From Octopus vulgaris (Eukaryota): 64,000 nucleotides of DNA. Numbering within the stretch: position 1 is the first letter of the stretch; each line of letters starts with the position of its first letter. The position numbers were made by a program, and so were the translations under genes. A model generated the notes under the pieces. It saw only the letters and a program-made list of their open reading frames with translations, did no database searches and was not told where the DNA came from. Positions 50,501 through 61,500 of this stretch are shown piece after piece. Location of the stretch: positions 73,966,001-74,030,000 of the forward strand of contig OX597826.1 in the NCBI GenBank assembly GCA_951406725.2. Reading direction: 5' to 3'.

Positions 50501-53500
50501 AAGCATGGAAGTAATGCACATAAAATGGTGCTGATGGAAGCTGGGACCAAAACAGAGTGTTTTGGTTAATAAGGTCATAAACTAGAACAATGTTAAGATA
50601 ATCTTGCAATTTCCTGAGAAGGATAATTGGTTTAAGAAAATCTAATCAAGTACAAAAAACTGTGACAACTTAATTATAACGGATTAATAATTTAAGATTC
50701 TTTGGTGCTAGTTAGGAACAATATATTTTATATTGTGAAAGTAGGCCAAAGCAGACACTTGCTCTATTTTAAAAGTAAAGCTTTATAAATTTTTTCATTG
50801 GCACACAAAACTGTTCTGTATTTTTCACTTCACCTGATCCAACAGTTTCTATAAAAACTTTTTTATATTGCAAATTTAAATAACTTTGAACAAAGAATAA
50901 TAAAGAAACACGAATGTCAATCTTACTTCAGAGCATGTTCGTCTAAAGATGTATACAAGTTGTGAAGCCGTTTCATTCTTTCCGATGTCGGCAGTGTATA
51001 GGGTACAAGACAAGTGTTAAAAATGCGTTCAACAAGTAACCTAAAGGAAAAAAAAAGAAATTTAGAGAAAACATATATTCACCCAAATGCAGCTCATTTA
51101 GAATAAAATAAAGACTCAATGTATTCATTGAGAAATCATCATCATCATCATCATCATCATCGTTTAGCATCCGCTTTCCATGCTAGCATGGGTTGGATGG
51201 TGCAACTGGGGTCTGGGAAGCCAGAAGGCTGCACCAGGCCCAGTCTGATCCGGCAATGTTTCTACAGCTGGATGCCCTTCCTAACACCAACCACTCCATC
51301 TGTTATATAAAAGTCTTCATCCACAAATACACTGAGTGATCAATAAATCTTAAAAAGCGTGAATATTTTTAGAATGGCTATAAAGAACAGCCTTTATGAA
51401 AACACTATATAGGGCAAAAGTTTGATAGTGATATCATCTATAGACGATTTTTAGAACTGCCTATAGAAAACAAGTATTGGATAATTCTTACACCTCTTCA
51501 AAGGAGATCAACAAAGGATTCCTAACAGCCACAGCACTTCCAAGAACTGTACTGCAAGGAAACCCACAACTTCTACCCAATCCTAACTTAACTTCTAAAA
51601 AATTCCACATTGTAAATAGTAACTCATCCAAAACAGAATTAATACTCTAAGTAAATAACGAAATACTCATATAAACAAATTCTGTATTTTTCAAACAAAT
51701 GCAGACATGTCAGCATACAATCATTATATCTAATAGAAAATATATTTCATATGAATACGTTACATTTAGAAGAAGGAATAATGAGACACAAGACTTTATA
51801 ATCTTGCAGTGAAATAGAAAGTATTTCACACACTGGTCATTGCCATTATTTAATGTCCACTTTTCCATGCTTTGTATGGGCCAGATTGTAGGTGCAGGCA
51901 TGGCTGTGTAGTTAAAAAGTTCACTATCCAACTATATAAGTTCAGTCCCACCACATGGCACCTTGGGAGAGTGTCTTCTCTTACATCCCAAGGCTGACCC
52001 AAACCTTTTGGGTAGATTTGGTAGAGAGAGAGTGTGTGTGTGTGTGTGTGTGTACATGTACACGAGTGTCTTCTTGACATTGCATGATAGTTGTAAATAA
52101 GTGTCAGTCATTCATTTCCAATATTCTATGAAAACATGTCTGCCCATGAGGGGATCCTACCTGGAATCAGGTAGGGCTGGCAGGCAATAGGAAGGGTAAC
52201 CAGCAACAGAAAATCTGCCTCAATTAACTCCATGTGACCCATACCAACATAGAAAAGTGGACAATGATATTATTTAAATTCACAATTTCTTTACCAAATG
52301 AATTAGACCCCAAGCCGGCCATATATTTACCTGTCTTCAGGGCTGTGCTGATAATAAGCGTGAAAAACTTTATCCTTAACCCATGCAAGACGCTTTGCAA
52401 TTGCCGTGTTGTCAGGATCTTGGTTAATATAAGTCTTGTACAGGTGAGCTAGTCCAAGTAATGCTTCTCGCCGTATCTTAAACTAAGAAAATCAGATTCA
52501 TCACATTAAAAATTGAACGAAATATTTCTTACTTCATTTATAAACTTTCAAAATAATAATTATAAACGAGAAAAAATAAGTAAAATGCTTAAGCATGGCT
52601 GGAACTAGTAAAAGAGTAAGTATATAAAACAAAGGGGAAGATTTTGTGATAAAGAAGTTTTTATCACAACCACGTGGTTGAGTTCAATTCCATGAGGCAG
52701 CTTGGGTGTCTCACTGTGGCATGGATTGGTCAAATAAATTCAGTTAAATATGGTAGGTAAAAAATGTGCACAGCTTTTGTTTATGTATGTCAGCAAAGTG
52801 TAATAAACACCTTCAAGAAAACTTAAGGGGTGGGGTGAGGGAGGAGATACTAAATGAAATCTCCTGAGATATATCAAACTGGACCTTAGAAACTTGCAAT
52901 CAACATCACTGCTCCAAGTTGCAATAAAGATAAGTCTTCTGATTTCAATTTGTGTCAATGATAATGTATAGTAGCCTTAGTCAAAGTCATCTACTTGCTT
53001 TCAACAACCAAATTGGAAAATATCCTAAGTTGGTAATTGGTATTAGCAACAGTAAAACGCTCAAACCTTATTGATGATCCAGACCAGTACAAATGTGGTA
53101 TCATTTATGAAAAAATTTAATACTAAATATCGAGTAAATTTTGTATTTGAAATTGAAATGTGGATTACCTTCTTGTCTAGAGTTCGTTCTTTAATGAAAG
53201 CCAACAGTTCATCAGTTATCATTTTGAAATCTTTCTTTGCAGCATTCAAAACTGCTGATACAACCTCCATTCGAACAGTCTCTTCGGGATCATGCTGACG
53301 AATTTTCAGTTGTTCTAAAATGATAAAGTACATGTATTTCTTGAGTTTTTTTTTTTTTTAAATCATAATTTTTTTTGCATGTATTTTTAACATGTGGATA
53401 AAGAATTTGTCTTGAAACTTTGAAATGATTTAAGATAATTGCAAATTTTAACAAATCTTGTTGCAAAGGTGGTCATCTTTGACAATATTAGATGCAGAGA

Positions 53501-56500
53501 CTCACCTTCAATCATTCACTTCTTTATCATCATCGTTTAATGTCCGTTTTCCGCACTAGCACGGGTTGGACGGTTCGACCGGGGTCTGGGAAGCCAGGGG
53601 CTGCACCAGGCTCCAGTCTGATCTGGCAGTGTTTCTACAGCTGGATGCCCTTCCTAACGCCCAACCACTCCACGAGTGTAGTGGGTGCTTTTTACGTGCC
53701 AGGGGAGTCTGGCATCGTCCACGATCGGTTGGTGCTTTTAACGTGCCACCGGCACGGAAGCCAGTCAAGGCGGCGCTGGCATCAGCTATGTTCAGATGAT
53801 GCTTTTTATGTGCCACCGGCCACGTTCGGATGGTGCTTTTTATGTGCCACCGGCACAGAAGCCAGTCGAGGCGGCGCTGGCATCGGCCACGTTTGGATGG
53901 TGCTTTTTATGTGCCACTGGCACAGAAGCCAGTCGAGGCTTTATGGTGCTTTATGCTTTAATTTATTAGTTAAGCATGAAGAATACAATTACCTTCCTTT
54001 AATCTATTCCCTAACCAGATTTGATATTTTTCTACAAAGCTTTGACATTTTACCCCATTTGATGGAGGTAAAATCAATAGCCTAAACAATTATAATTATA
54101 CCAAAAACGAAGAACAAGATATTTTATAACTTCAGGAAAATTTTGAAAATTATGACTGATATTTTGATACCTTGGGTACAGTAGAAATTCTGAAAAAGAA
54201 ACCTAATTTTCATGCCAGAAACTAATAGGAAGAAAATTTTGAAATACTTACCAATTATATCTTTTACTAAATCTGAATGATGGAGAATGAAACGTTGGGC
54301 ATACTGAACACAGACTGTTCTTACTCCGGTACTAATATCATTGAATCTATAAAGAAATCAATAACTTTTATAAAAATATATCCAAAAGCAAAATGATTAA
54401 AGCCTAAAGTAGATACTATGTTGTAGAGAGGAAAATACTACTTGCTCCAAAGTAAAATTAAATAACAGTTTCAGTTGCGTTTTCTTGGAAGGACATCTAA
54501 ATGTAATTAATATATGTATTCTCACAACTCAGGTAAAATAACATGGAAAATTATTACAAATTTATTTCCATCTAATATACAAAAAGAATTCTTTAAATTC
54601 AAACTGAATGTGGTTAATACTATAGGGCACTTTCATTGCAATATTTAACAAAAAAAAAAAAAAAAAAGAAGGCTTGTGTTCCAATTAAATTCTAAAGTAA
54701 ATCATGAACCAGACAGGTTTTACAAAATAACTAAAGCTTTAAATTCAGACTAGCTACAACTAAATCCAATGTCCATTTTTTTGAATGAGTTTACAGAGAC
54801 ATAATACAAAAAAATGTTGTACAGGGTAATTTTGTGGTTCTTTATCCACAAGTATATACCTAGTGAAATTACTAATATAATAATGAAATTATCATCAACA
54901 TTTTGATATGAATAAGTAAACGAGGTAGACAAGCTGGTAATTTTCTGAGCAAGCTTGTGAAAAAAAGACTCAGTTGAACAAGAGCCAAACATGTAAGAAT
55001 AATCCAATGACAAAAACTGCAGAATTTTACTGACCTTCCTAAAAAACAATTCCAAAGCACACGGTGTTGTGTTGCTAGTTCGGACTCAGGGTCTGAGAAC
55101 ATCTTCGCCAAAAGACGAGTTACATTTTTTCTTTCTATTTCCTCACTGCTCTAGAAAGTTAAAAGAAATGGGGGGAAAGAAAAAAAAAAAGAAAAAAGAA
55201 AGAAAAATAAAAATTAAAAAATCAGTAAATTTTTGATAAAATTTGTACAAACTAAATACTTGTCTGAACTAACTAATTAGGAACTTTTATTAACATGTTG
55301 CAAATCCTTTAATCTCTTAAAGTACACCAGTGACTGTGTAGGGAGTGAGGCAACTTCATAAGTTTATTAAACCAGTGGCTCTCAACCAGGGTCCAGATAA
55401 GATTTTGTTGTTAAAATTTACTCTGCAATAAATTGGTTACGCTTCTACAATACACAAAATACTTTAACAATGCTTTTATACAATTCCTGATTAATATTTT
55501 AATTATGATTTTTTAAAACAGTGAATGACTATGAGGGTCCAGGAGAGTAAATATAGATAAAATAAGAACCAAAAAAGTCCATAGCCCTGGTTTAACCCTT
55601 TAGTGTTCGCATTATTCTGCCAAAATTAATCCTTTTTTATCCAAATCGTTTTGAACTAATCATGCATCATCTTGTAGCTATGAGATTCTTATGAAGTAGC
55701 TGTTAATTTTTAAAACAATATTGTAGGGTTGGTGTGAGAGATCAGATCTGGCCAGTTTGAACATAAAACAGGCAGAATACACATCTGGCCGGATATGGCC
55801 GGTTTAAATGCTAAAGGGTTAAACTTTCTGTTGAAGATGAAATCCAATTCAAAGGGACTTCACCAAACACCAGAGAACTCCCAATTTAATAATTATTTTA
55901 ATTCACTAAAAGCATTTCTTTCTGTAAGCTAACAACAGAAAATATTAACTACAAGAAAATGATGCACATAAAAGCCCTAACAAATGCAGATATTTTACAA
56001 AAACAAGTTTAGAAATGCTTACTTTCAATTTGAATTCTAGTTGAGGCAATACTGCCAGAAGCATGGTACCAGATATCATGTTGAGTTCATAGATTAATTC
56101 ATAAAGATGGTCTGAGACTTCACTTTCAGATGTTTTGCCAATCATTAGCAAGTTGTTGAAAAACTAGAAAAAGCAAAAACATTTATGAGATTTTCTTCAA
56201 TAAAGAAAAGAAACAAAAGAGGATTTAAAAAAGAATATTTCCTGAATTATCTCTAAATTGGGACAAATGTATTTTATGAGTTACAACTTATTCTACAGAA
56301 TGAAACAACGATGTAAAAACAATAACAACAACAACAAAAAAACCCCAAACTACTTACAGTTTGAATGTATGGTTCTACTGCACAGCTGGTTTTTCGCAAC
56401 AGATCCTTTGCAAGATTATATGCTAATTTATTCTGTGACTGAAGAATAAAATTCACATTATTCAAACAGAGGGAAAGCAATGTGTTTAGATAAGTTACAA

Positions 56501-59500
56501 CAACTGAATCTTTAACTTCTTTAATCCTTAACCTTCTACGATCAACGGATAACTTGTAATTCTATAAAACTGTAACAAACTTGAGTCGTTGGGTCTCAAT
56601 GAAAATTAACATTTAGTAAAATAGAAAATATGGTAACAACTCAAAGCAAGAGCATTTTCTAAAAATGGTTTTGACTTTGGTGCGTTAAGAAATATTTGGC
56701 AAGTGCATAAGGAGTTAAATTGATAATTTTGGTTGGTAAAGATTTATTAGCAGTTTTATCAGATGGTGAAAGTAGATAAGATTAAATAAGATAAAACAAA
56801 CTGCTGTGTCCAACTAACACTCTAAGTGAAAGAAAAACCAGTAAAATTAAGAAGAACCATTTCTGATTTTATATTGACTTTCAAGACTATAAAGTAAAAC
56901 TAATAATTTCATTCAATATTGTAAAAAAAAGAAATCCAAAAACTTCTTACTTTGTATGGCTCAATCAAATTAATGAGGATGGTATCTAGCAATTCTTGAG
57001 AGACAGTGTCAGCTTCAGTGATGAGAGGAACCATCATATCTAACATGAATGTACGAACTTTTGCTGAATGCTTTTCACTGAAAAGAGTAAAATTGAAATT
57101 AATGGCTAAAGGCTGTATCAGGTTATTAGGTGCTAAAATATAATTAACAAACATCAGATGAATAGGTAAAAATGCATTCTTATTATTGTGTTGAATGAAA
57201 AGTTGTGCAATATTTTGGCTCACTTCCAGTGCTCGTGGCACCTCATCGGCTAAGAGGAGATGGAAACTTCAGTGAAGGAGTTTTACGTGCCGGTGGCATG
57301 TAAAAGCACCCACTACACTCTCGGAGTGGTTGGTGTTAGGAAGGGCATCAAGCTGTAGAAACTCTGCCAGATCAGATTGGAGCCTGGTGCAGCCATCTGG
57401 TTCGCCAGCATGGAAAGTGGACATTAAATGATGATGATGATTTCTTCACATCAATGGACATGAAACGGTATCAAAGAACTGGCAGAAAGGTGGCTTCAGA
57501 TGGTGCCACACGAAGGCCTCTACTGTGAGTGCTAGGCTGCCTTTGTAACTTGACAAACAAAGCAAAACTTTTGACCCAACAGAATACTAAACATGCTACA
57601 GGAGACAATAAAATTTAAAAATAAAATAAAAAAGATAGTCTCCTATGAATTAAATATTATAAAGTGAAGGCTGCATCATAAACTTATGACAGGATAACTA
57701 AAAGAATGCTTTTATTGACATCAGATGTCTTTGGATGAAATTTTTACAAGAGATATTTTTAAAAAACCTAGCAACTACAGAATTATCATTTGCTTTCACA
57801 ATCTGTTAATTAAAAGGGTATGACAGATTTCTGATGAACCATCACAGAATATCAACAAAAAGCATCAAGAAAATGAGTCATCAAGTAATTTATAGTTCAT
57901 TCACTCTTTCTGATATCGGTTTCAAATTTTGGCACAAGGCCAGCAGTTTTGGGGGAGGAGGTAAGTTGATTACACCGACCCCAGTATTCAACTAGTACTT
58001 ATTTTACCAGCCCTGAAAGGATAAAAGGCAAAGTTGACTGTGGCAGGATTTGAACTGAGAACATAAAGATGTACAAAATGCCACTAAGCATTTTGTCTGC
58101 TATGTCAACAACTCAGCTAGCTTGCCACCCTTTCTGATATTGAAACATTGCCAGTGCCGCTCGACTGGTTCCCATGCCAGTGGCACATACAAAGCACCAT
58201 TCGAGAGGGGCCTATGCCAGTACCACCTGACTGGCCCTCGTGCCAGTGGCACATAAAAAGTACTCACTACACTCTTGGAGTGGTTGGCTTTAGGAAGGGC
58301 ATCCAGCTGTAGAAACTCTGCCAGAGCAGATTGGAGCCTGATGCAGCCTTCTGGCTCGCCAGCCTTAAGTTAAACCATCCATCCCATGCTAGCATGGAAA
58401 GCAGATGTTAAACGATGATAACAATGATATCAGATTCAGTTAAAATTAGGTTGAAACGATTGGTGCCTTTAAATGTTAAACACATACAAAATTAACATTC
58501 CTTCCTAATAAAATTTTTAAATGAAGTACCAAAACTATTATGAGAGTAAACATGAAAAAATCTTACTTGATAATTGAAAACATAAGTTTATACAAGTTGC
58601 AGAAGATTTCTTGACTATCTTCCAGTTCAATACAGATGTTAAAAGACTTCACCCATGCAAGATTCTGGAAAAAAAAAAATAAAAATTATGAATCACTATC
58701 AACATACAACTTCACAAATAAAACCACAATTAAAATACAAATTAACCCTGTCCACGTCCAATCCATATAGTCTACATGTATTATGTTCTAGTTAGAGGGA
58801 TCCAGCCTCTCACACCTTCCCTACAATTTCATTCTCAAACAATTGCATCATCAAAATCTCAAAGCCACAGGAGAAAGCATTGATTAATTAGATATGAATA
58901 GATGAAAAATGCCTATATTTTCCAGGGCTTGCTCCAGCCACAACAACCATCAATGTAAATTGCAACAAATGCCAAGCAGTAAGCAAATTTAGCTCAGGGA
59001 AAAAAAAAAAAATTAATAAATAAAGAGGCCTCTTCACACCAATGATAAATTTCATGAAAAAACAAACAAAAAAAAAACAATTAAAGAATAATATTTACCT
59101 CTAACAAATAGAAATAACGTTTAAAGGAAGGAGATTCAGGATCTTCTAGACCACGTAGTTGTTTGACTAAGAACATGAAAATTTCCTTCAAAAAGAGAAA
59201 AACACAAAATTAATTAAATACACCAATGAAAATATGTCGTTAATAATAAATTAAAAGTATGATGATGCGATGTAGAAGCATGTGTATTCATGTATTTAAA
59301 ACTTAAGCTCCTCATTTTCTTGTCCATCAGATGGAATAAATAGCACTTAGGCGAAACTTTAGTTTCAAGTAAATGAATAAATTTTACAATAAGCACCAAG
59401 TATTCTGTCATGACTGTACACCCAAAATACCCACACAAACCTTATTCGTTAAGTGAAGCTAACGAGCATCTCGTTATACATACAACATTTATCTCCTATA

Positions 59501-61500
59501 TTTTAATTTTACTTCCCCTCTCTAACATAAGTAGAAGAGATCTGAAAACATGCAATTCATTAATTCTTTTTACAGGAAGATGTGGAAATCTAAAGCGAAA
59601 ATAACAACCAGAGATTGAAAGATAGTAAAAAATGTCTTAATAGATTCAACTTTAGTCAACTTTTTTTAAAAGAAAGCGAAAAAATGTTAAGCTTTTATTT
59701 TTACAATGAAAATGGCTCTACCTTTAAGTGGTCTGGATCTCTATACGGAGCCTCAGGAGCAAAAATACGGAAAACATCGGCAATACAGCATGCCACAAGC
59801 AGACGAACATCTTTACTGGCATGATCGAAGAAAAATTCAGTGGCAAGATGTAATGCTAGTTCAGAGTATTTTTCATTTTCATCCTGCCCCATGTCTTGGA
59901 ATACTCTGGCCAACATCTGAGGAAAACACACAAAAATACATAAATCAAAGCAAAATGTTTAACTATGTAAATTTACTTACAAAATTTCACTTTAAACATC
60001 GTAATTTAGAAATTGTAACTAATCAAAATTTACTGTAGAAATAAGAGGGCTTACTGAATATTTTATTTTTTTACTTTACAGCTAATGCTGAAGTGAACAA
60101 TGTGACACCCCACCTCTCTCATACACACACATATATCATAGCAGATACTGGTGCCATGTAAAAGCACCCATTTACACTCTTGGAGTGGTTGGTGTTAGGA
60201 AGGGCATCCAGTCATAGAAACCATGCCGAATGAGCCTGGAGTCTGATGCAGCTCCTCAGTTTACCAGCCCTGGTCAAACCATCCAACCCATGCCAGCATG
60301 GACAACACGTGTTAAATGATGATGATATTTACTTGTATAGTAGTAGTAGTATAGTATAGTAGTGCCTATAAAATTATGCAAATCTAAATTTTAGGTTTAA
60401 GAAAATTTTGTTTTCCTTCCTCTTTGTAATCTGCAATAGATAATTTCAGGTTAACCCAATTCCTTGTTCTGCTTCTCTTCATTTTCCCAAACCCTACACA
60501 CACAGACTTTGATGTCATATTAATCTCTCTTTATCATTCACTTATCCTCTATATAACCTTTTTTTTTTTTGTTAAGTTACTTCTCAAATCTCCATCTGAT
60601 ATCTTCTTTCCACCTACCCTTCCTTTATCAACTACTTACAGTATCTCTTCCAATCTATCCTTCCATATATTTCACTACCTGTCTCTGCTGACAATTCCTC
60701 TCCCTCCCCCCCTCTCTACTCCATCAATCTACCACATCTTTTTATTTAATCTCTCTCTCTTTATAATTCCTTACAGCTCCCTCTCAGCACAGCCACTGCT
60801 TTCTCCTTCCACATCCCAAAAATGTAAGAGAAAAAGGTAACTTGGTCTTTTATACTGTCAATATATTGCTATCAAATACTAATAGTAATAATATGAGGCC
60901 AAACAAATTCATATCTTTATCTTATTAATAAATAAAATGCATTAAAGAGTAGATTTGTTGATATAGTTAACATAATGGTGTAATAAAAGATATATAGGGT
61001 TGTATAAAGCTAATATCAAATGGCTTAAATACATTCGACTTTTATATTTTATACTTTACTAATTTGATCTAAAATTACTTGTCTCCTTAAATGACTAACA
61101 CACTGAAAATAGCAACCTATAGTGTTCTGGAAAAAGAACACATTGGATAAAGTGTCTGAGAAAAAGGACGAGATGGTCAATATCAGAACACATTTGGTCA
61201 TAGGTTAACCAAAGCTAATCTGAGAGAGACTTGAAAATATCTACCAAGTAATTGCTTCCAACCACTAAGTGATATAAATAACCTAGTTCATGAAAAAATA
61301 ATCACATCGTATTCATGATTACAAAGATTCAGCTATTTTTGTATAAAATTTTTTGAAATTGTAATAAATAAAATTTAATGAAAACAAAAACAAACCTTAA
61401 GTCTTCGAACAAGTTCATCTTTTCCAATATCCTCCGATACCTCTTTGCAATTTGGAGGATAGACAATTTTACTAGGCTTGCCTCCCTTTGGCAGTGGCAT
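20933..61500 (-). CDS. PDS5: Sister chromatid cohesion protein PDS5 homolog (32 coding exons, ~1378 aa)
   Basis: Exon chain splices in frame (4137 nt). N-terminal [13 protein letters not shown]...[110 protein letters not shown]; C-terminus ...EIN|[10 protein letters not shown], reminiscent of the vertebrate PDS5B basic tail. Confidence 0.96.
22426..22654. mobile_element. piggyBac-like TTAA MITE family A (other copies ~3431, 8354-9000, 21680-21910, 22255-22425, 36660-36880, 58743, 63838)
   Basis: TTAA|c(t/c)ctttag ... ctaaaggg|TTAA termini. Confidence 0.8.
23430..23790 (+). mobile_element. tRNA(Arg-like)-derived SINE
   Basis: agtggttagggcagcgaactcgcgg...gtttcgattccc head, related to 3596-3885. 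Confidence 0.75.
25087..25317. mobile_element. piggyBac-like TTAA MITE family B
   Basis: TTAA-ccctttcg...cgaaaggg-TTAA; copies at 41242-41469, ~46640-47030 and 63473-63694. Confidence 0.85.
26300..29910 (-). repeat. Large imperfect inverted repeat / fold-back in PDS5 last intron
   Basis: At least 9 nested complementary blocks, e.g. 28223-28237 vs 28558-28572 (15/15), 28188-28202 vs 28651-28665 (14/15), 27428-27443 vs 29490-29505 (14/16), 27482-27491 vs 29475-29484 (10/10), 26833-26846 vs 29553-29566 (12/14). Confidence 0.75.
29617..29913 (-). CDS. Candidate alternative terminal exon of PDS5 (98 codons plus stop)
   Basis: First AG after a T-rich tract (gaaaag| at 29914), phase 0, opens [14 protein letters not shown]...; AATAAA at 29584-29589 just after the stop. 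No homology recognised. Confidence 0.3.
   Translation of the reverse strand: MLRQKQKSRNRVMVVQSIISSSVYLGVSLCDTLLIQRFVLCLRYINFLPIYGYEEQKLFYDCIKKYQATRNDFLRYHGIDQTNGCCYISLVTMHFAFF
30887..31004 (-). CDS. PDS5: PDS5 exon 31
   Basis: [20 protein letters not shown]...EVEEAEIN|gtaagt; phase 2-0. Confidence 0.85.
31495..31935 (+). mobile_element. RTE-LINE 3' end
   Basis: Four tandem modules plus conserved tail and (gat)n. Confidence 0.8.
32200..32661 (-). CDS. PDS5: PDS5 exon 30 (basic low-complexity tail)
   Basis: Contains ORF 32196-32636; tcag| acceptor, |gtagga donor, phase 2-2. Confidence 0.88.
33997..34178 (-). CDS. PDS5: PDS5 exon 29
   Basis: [14 protein letters not shown]...[11 protein letters not shown]...[12 protein letters not shown]; phase 0-2. 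Confidence 0.88.
34314..34370 (-). CDS. PDS5: PDS5 exon 28
   Basis: [19 protein letters not shown]. Confidence 0.92.
34669..35090 (+). mobile_element. RTE-derived element with 4 x 42-bp tandem repeat
   Basis: gagttcc(t) unit starts at 34679, 34721, 34763 and 34805; then [12 protein letters not shown]-like ORF end and RTE tail. Confidence 0.8.
35630..35701 (-). pseudogene. tRNA-Glu-derived pseudogene, anticodon TTT
   Basis: GTGGTCTAGTGGTTAGGATTCCTGGCT[TTT]ACCCAGTCGGCCCGGGTTCGATTCCCGGCGTGGGAA matches the eukaryotic tRNA-Glu(TTC) body. The 5' acceptor strand (actattg) does not pair. A and B boxes intact; T5 run downstream at 35620-35624. Confidence 0.85.
35782..35904 (-). CDS. PDS5: PDS5 exon 27
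   Basis: [14 protein letters not shown]...[14 protein letters not shown]. Confidence 0.95.
36128..36655 (-). mobile_element. Head-to-tail array of a third SINE family (2 full copies plus 1 partial)
   Basis: gagctggcagaaa.gttagcacgc...gagttcaaattccgccgaggtcgac repeated. Dispersed copies at 16380-16475, 23210-23300, 29960-30175, 41750-42130, 44135-44320, 57917-58130. Confidence 0.8.
37604..37736 (-). CDS. PDS5: PDS5 exon 26
   Basis: [12 protein letters not shown]...[21 protein letters not shown]. Confidence 0.95.
37881..37995 (-). CDS. PDS5: PDS5 exon 25
   Basis: [23 protein letters not shown]...LNIIK. Confidence 0.95.
39034..39238 (-). CDS. PDS5: PDS5 exon 24
   Basis: [28 protein letters not shown]...DPVKERRA...RREYLKQH. 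Confidence 0.95.
39411..39534 (-). CDS. PDS5: PDS5 exon 23
   Basis: [24 protein letters not shown]...[11 protein letters not shown]. Confidence 0.95.
40410..40795 (+). mobile_element. RTE-LINE 3' end
   Basis: Conserved modules and tail. Confidence 0.8.
41002..41138 (-). CDS. PDS5: PDS5 exon 22
   Basis: [17 protein letters not shown]...STLRLL...[10 protein letters not shown]. Confidence 0.95.
41242..41469. mobile_element. piggyBac-like TTAA MITE family B
   Basis: Reverse-complement homolog of 25087-25317 with TTAA ends. Confidence 0.8.
41652..41720 (-). CDS. PDS5: PDS5 exon 21
   Basis: [23 protein letters not shown]. Confidence 0.92.
42410..42945 (+). mobile_element. RTE-LINE 3' end with duplicated ORF terminus
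   Basis: [30 protein letters not shown] (RTE ORF2 C-terminus) at 42418-42510, repeated degenerately at ~42630-42720. Confidence 0.8.
43041..43196 (-). CDS. PDS5: PDS5 exon 20
   Basis: [10 protein letters not shown]...[12 protein letters not shown]...[10 protein letters not shown]. Confidence 0.95.
43924..44050 (-). CDS. PDS5: PDS5 exon 19
   Basis: [25 protein letters not shown]...LQQVFE. Confidence 0.95.
44374..44443 (-). CDS. PDS5: PDS5 exon 18
   Basis: [22 protein letters not shown]. Confidence 0.93.
45238..45613 (+). mobile_element. Non-autonomous Helitron
   Basis: A|TC-tttatatataaa start, CTAG|T end, GC-rich subterminal remnant (aacgccggg), internal ~100-bp tandem duplication 45381-45570. 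Confidence 0.8.
45699..45789 (-). CDS. PDS5: PDS5 exon 17
   Basis: [30 protein letters not shown]. Confidence 0.94.
45924..46133 (-). CDS. PDS5: PDS5 exon 16
   Basis: [33 protein letters not shown]...GLKLLL. Confidence 0.95.
47060..47199 (-). CDS. PDS5: PDS5 exon 15
   Basis: [15 protein letters not shown]...[15 protein letters not shown]. Confidence 0.95.
48029..48123 (-). CDS. PDS5: PDS5 exon 14
   Basis: [31 protein letters not shown]. Confidence 0.9.
48875..49344 (+). mobile_element. Non-autonomous Helitron (older)
   Basis: TC start, subterminal hairpin ccaggtgaaaccggg, CCAG|T end (CTAG variant). Confidence 0.55.
49470..49762 (+). mobile_element. CR1-clade LINE 3' fragment
   Basis: [13 protein letters not shown]...[16 protein letters not shown]...FK (CR1/L2 ORF2 C-terminal motif), 3' hairpin gtgc-acctga-gcac, (ATT)n tail. 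Confidence 0.85.
50162..50194 (-). CDS. PDS5: PDS5 exon 13 (33-nt mini-exon)
   Basis: cag|A GCA TTT AAT GAG TTG TTG AAG TAC CAG CAT GG|gtaagt = (K)[10 protein letters not shown](G); phase 2-2. Confidence 0.85.
50927..51040 (-). CDS. PDS5: PDS5 exon 12
   Basis: [16 protein letters not shown]...[18 protein letters not shown]. Confidence 0.95.
52331..52482 (-). CDS. PDS5: PDS5 exon 11
   Basis: [16 protein letters not shown]...[17 protein letters not shown]. Confidence 0.95.
53169..53314 (-). CDS. PDS5: PDS5 exon 10
   Basis: [18 protein letters not shown]...IKERTLDKK. Confidence 0.95.
53528..53950 (-). mobile_element. RTE-LINE 3' end with 4-5 tandem modules
   Basis: tggtgcttttt(a)tgtgccaccggc at ~53730, 53797, 53831 and 53898. 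Confidence 0.8.
54252..54346 (-). CDS. PDS5: PDS5 exon 9
   Basis: [16 protein letters not shown]...HSDLVKDII. Confidence 0.94.
55035..55150 (-). CDS. PDS5: PDS5 exon 8
   Basis: [19 protein letters not shown]...LWNCFLG. Confidence 0.95.
55373..55589. mobile_element. hAT/Charlie-like MITE
   Basis: cagtggctctcaacc start; right TSD interrupted by the TTAA MITE at 55592. Confidence 0.65.
55592..55822. mobile_element. piggyBac-like TTAA MITE family A, full length
   Basis: TTAA-ccctttag...ctaaaggg-TTAA; inverse copy of 22426-22654. Confidence 0.85.
56023..56163 (-). CDS. PDS5: PDS5 exon 7
   Basis: [14 protein letters not shown]...[13 protein letters not shown]. Confidence 0.95.
56358..56438 (-). 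CDS. PDS5: PDS5 exon 6
   Basis: [27 protein letters not shown]. Confidence 0.95.
56951..57077 (-). CDS. PDS5: PDS5 exon 5
   Basis: [15 protein letters not shown]...[18 protein letters not shown]. Confidence 0.95.
58567..58664 (-). CDS. PDS5: PDS5 exon 4
   Basis: [32 protein letters not shown]. Confidence 0.95.
59099..59185 (-). CDS. PDS5: PDS5 exon 3
   Basis: [29 protein letters not shown]. Confidence 0.95.
59722..59916 (-). CDS. PDS5: PDS5 exon 2
   Basis: [12 protein letters not shown]...[22 protein letters not shown]...HLK. Confidence 0.95.
61396..61500 (-). CDS. PDS5: PDS5 coding exon 1 (exon begins at acceptor 61513, so a non-coding exon lies upstream)
   Basis: [35 protein letters not shown]|gtttgt. 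Confidence 0.93.

Noticed and set aside
53685-53925. Repeat-spacer pattern resembling a CRISPR array
   Set aside because: The linkers are homologous to each other, the array is part of a dispersed RTE-LINE tail in a eukaryotic intron, and there are no cas genes.
53492-54085. 197-aa ORF and similar ORFs containing [12 protein letters not shown] / VVGAFYVPP
   Set aside because: These are translations of the high-copy RTE 3' UTR, recurring in different frames and strands; not genes.
9041-59190. Apparent excess of AAG acceptors (5 of 43 introns)
   Set aside because: The sample is too small and the genome is AT-rich; not distinguishable from background.
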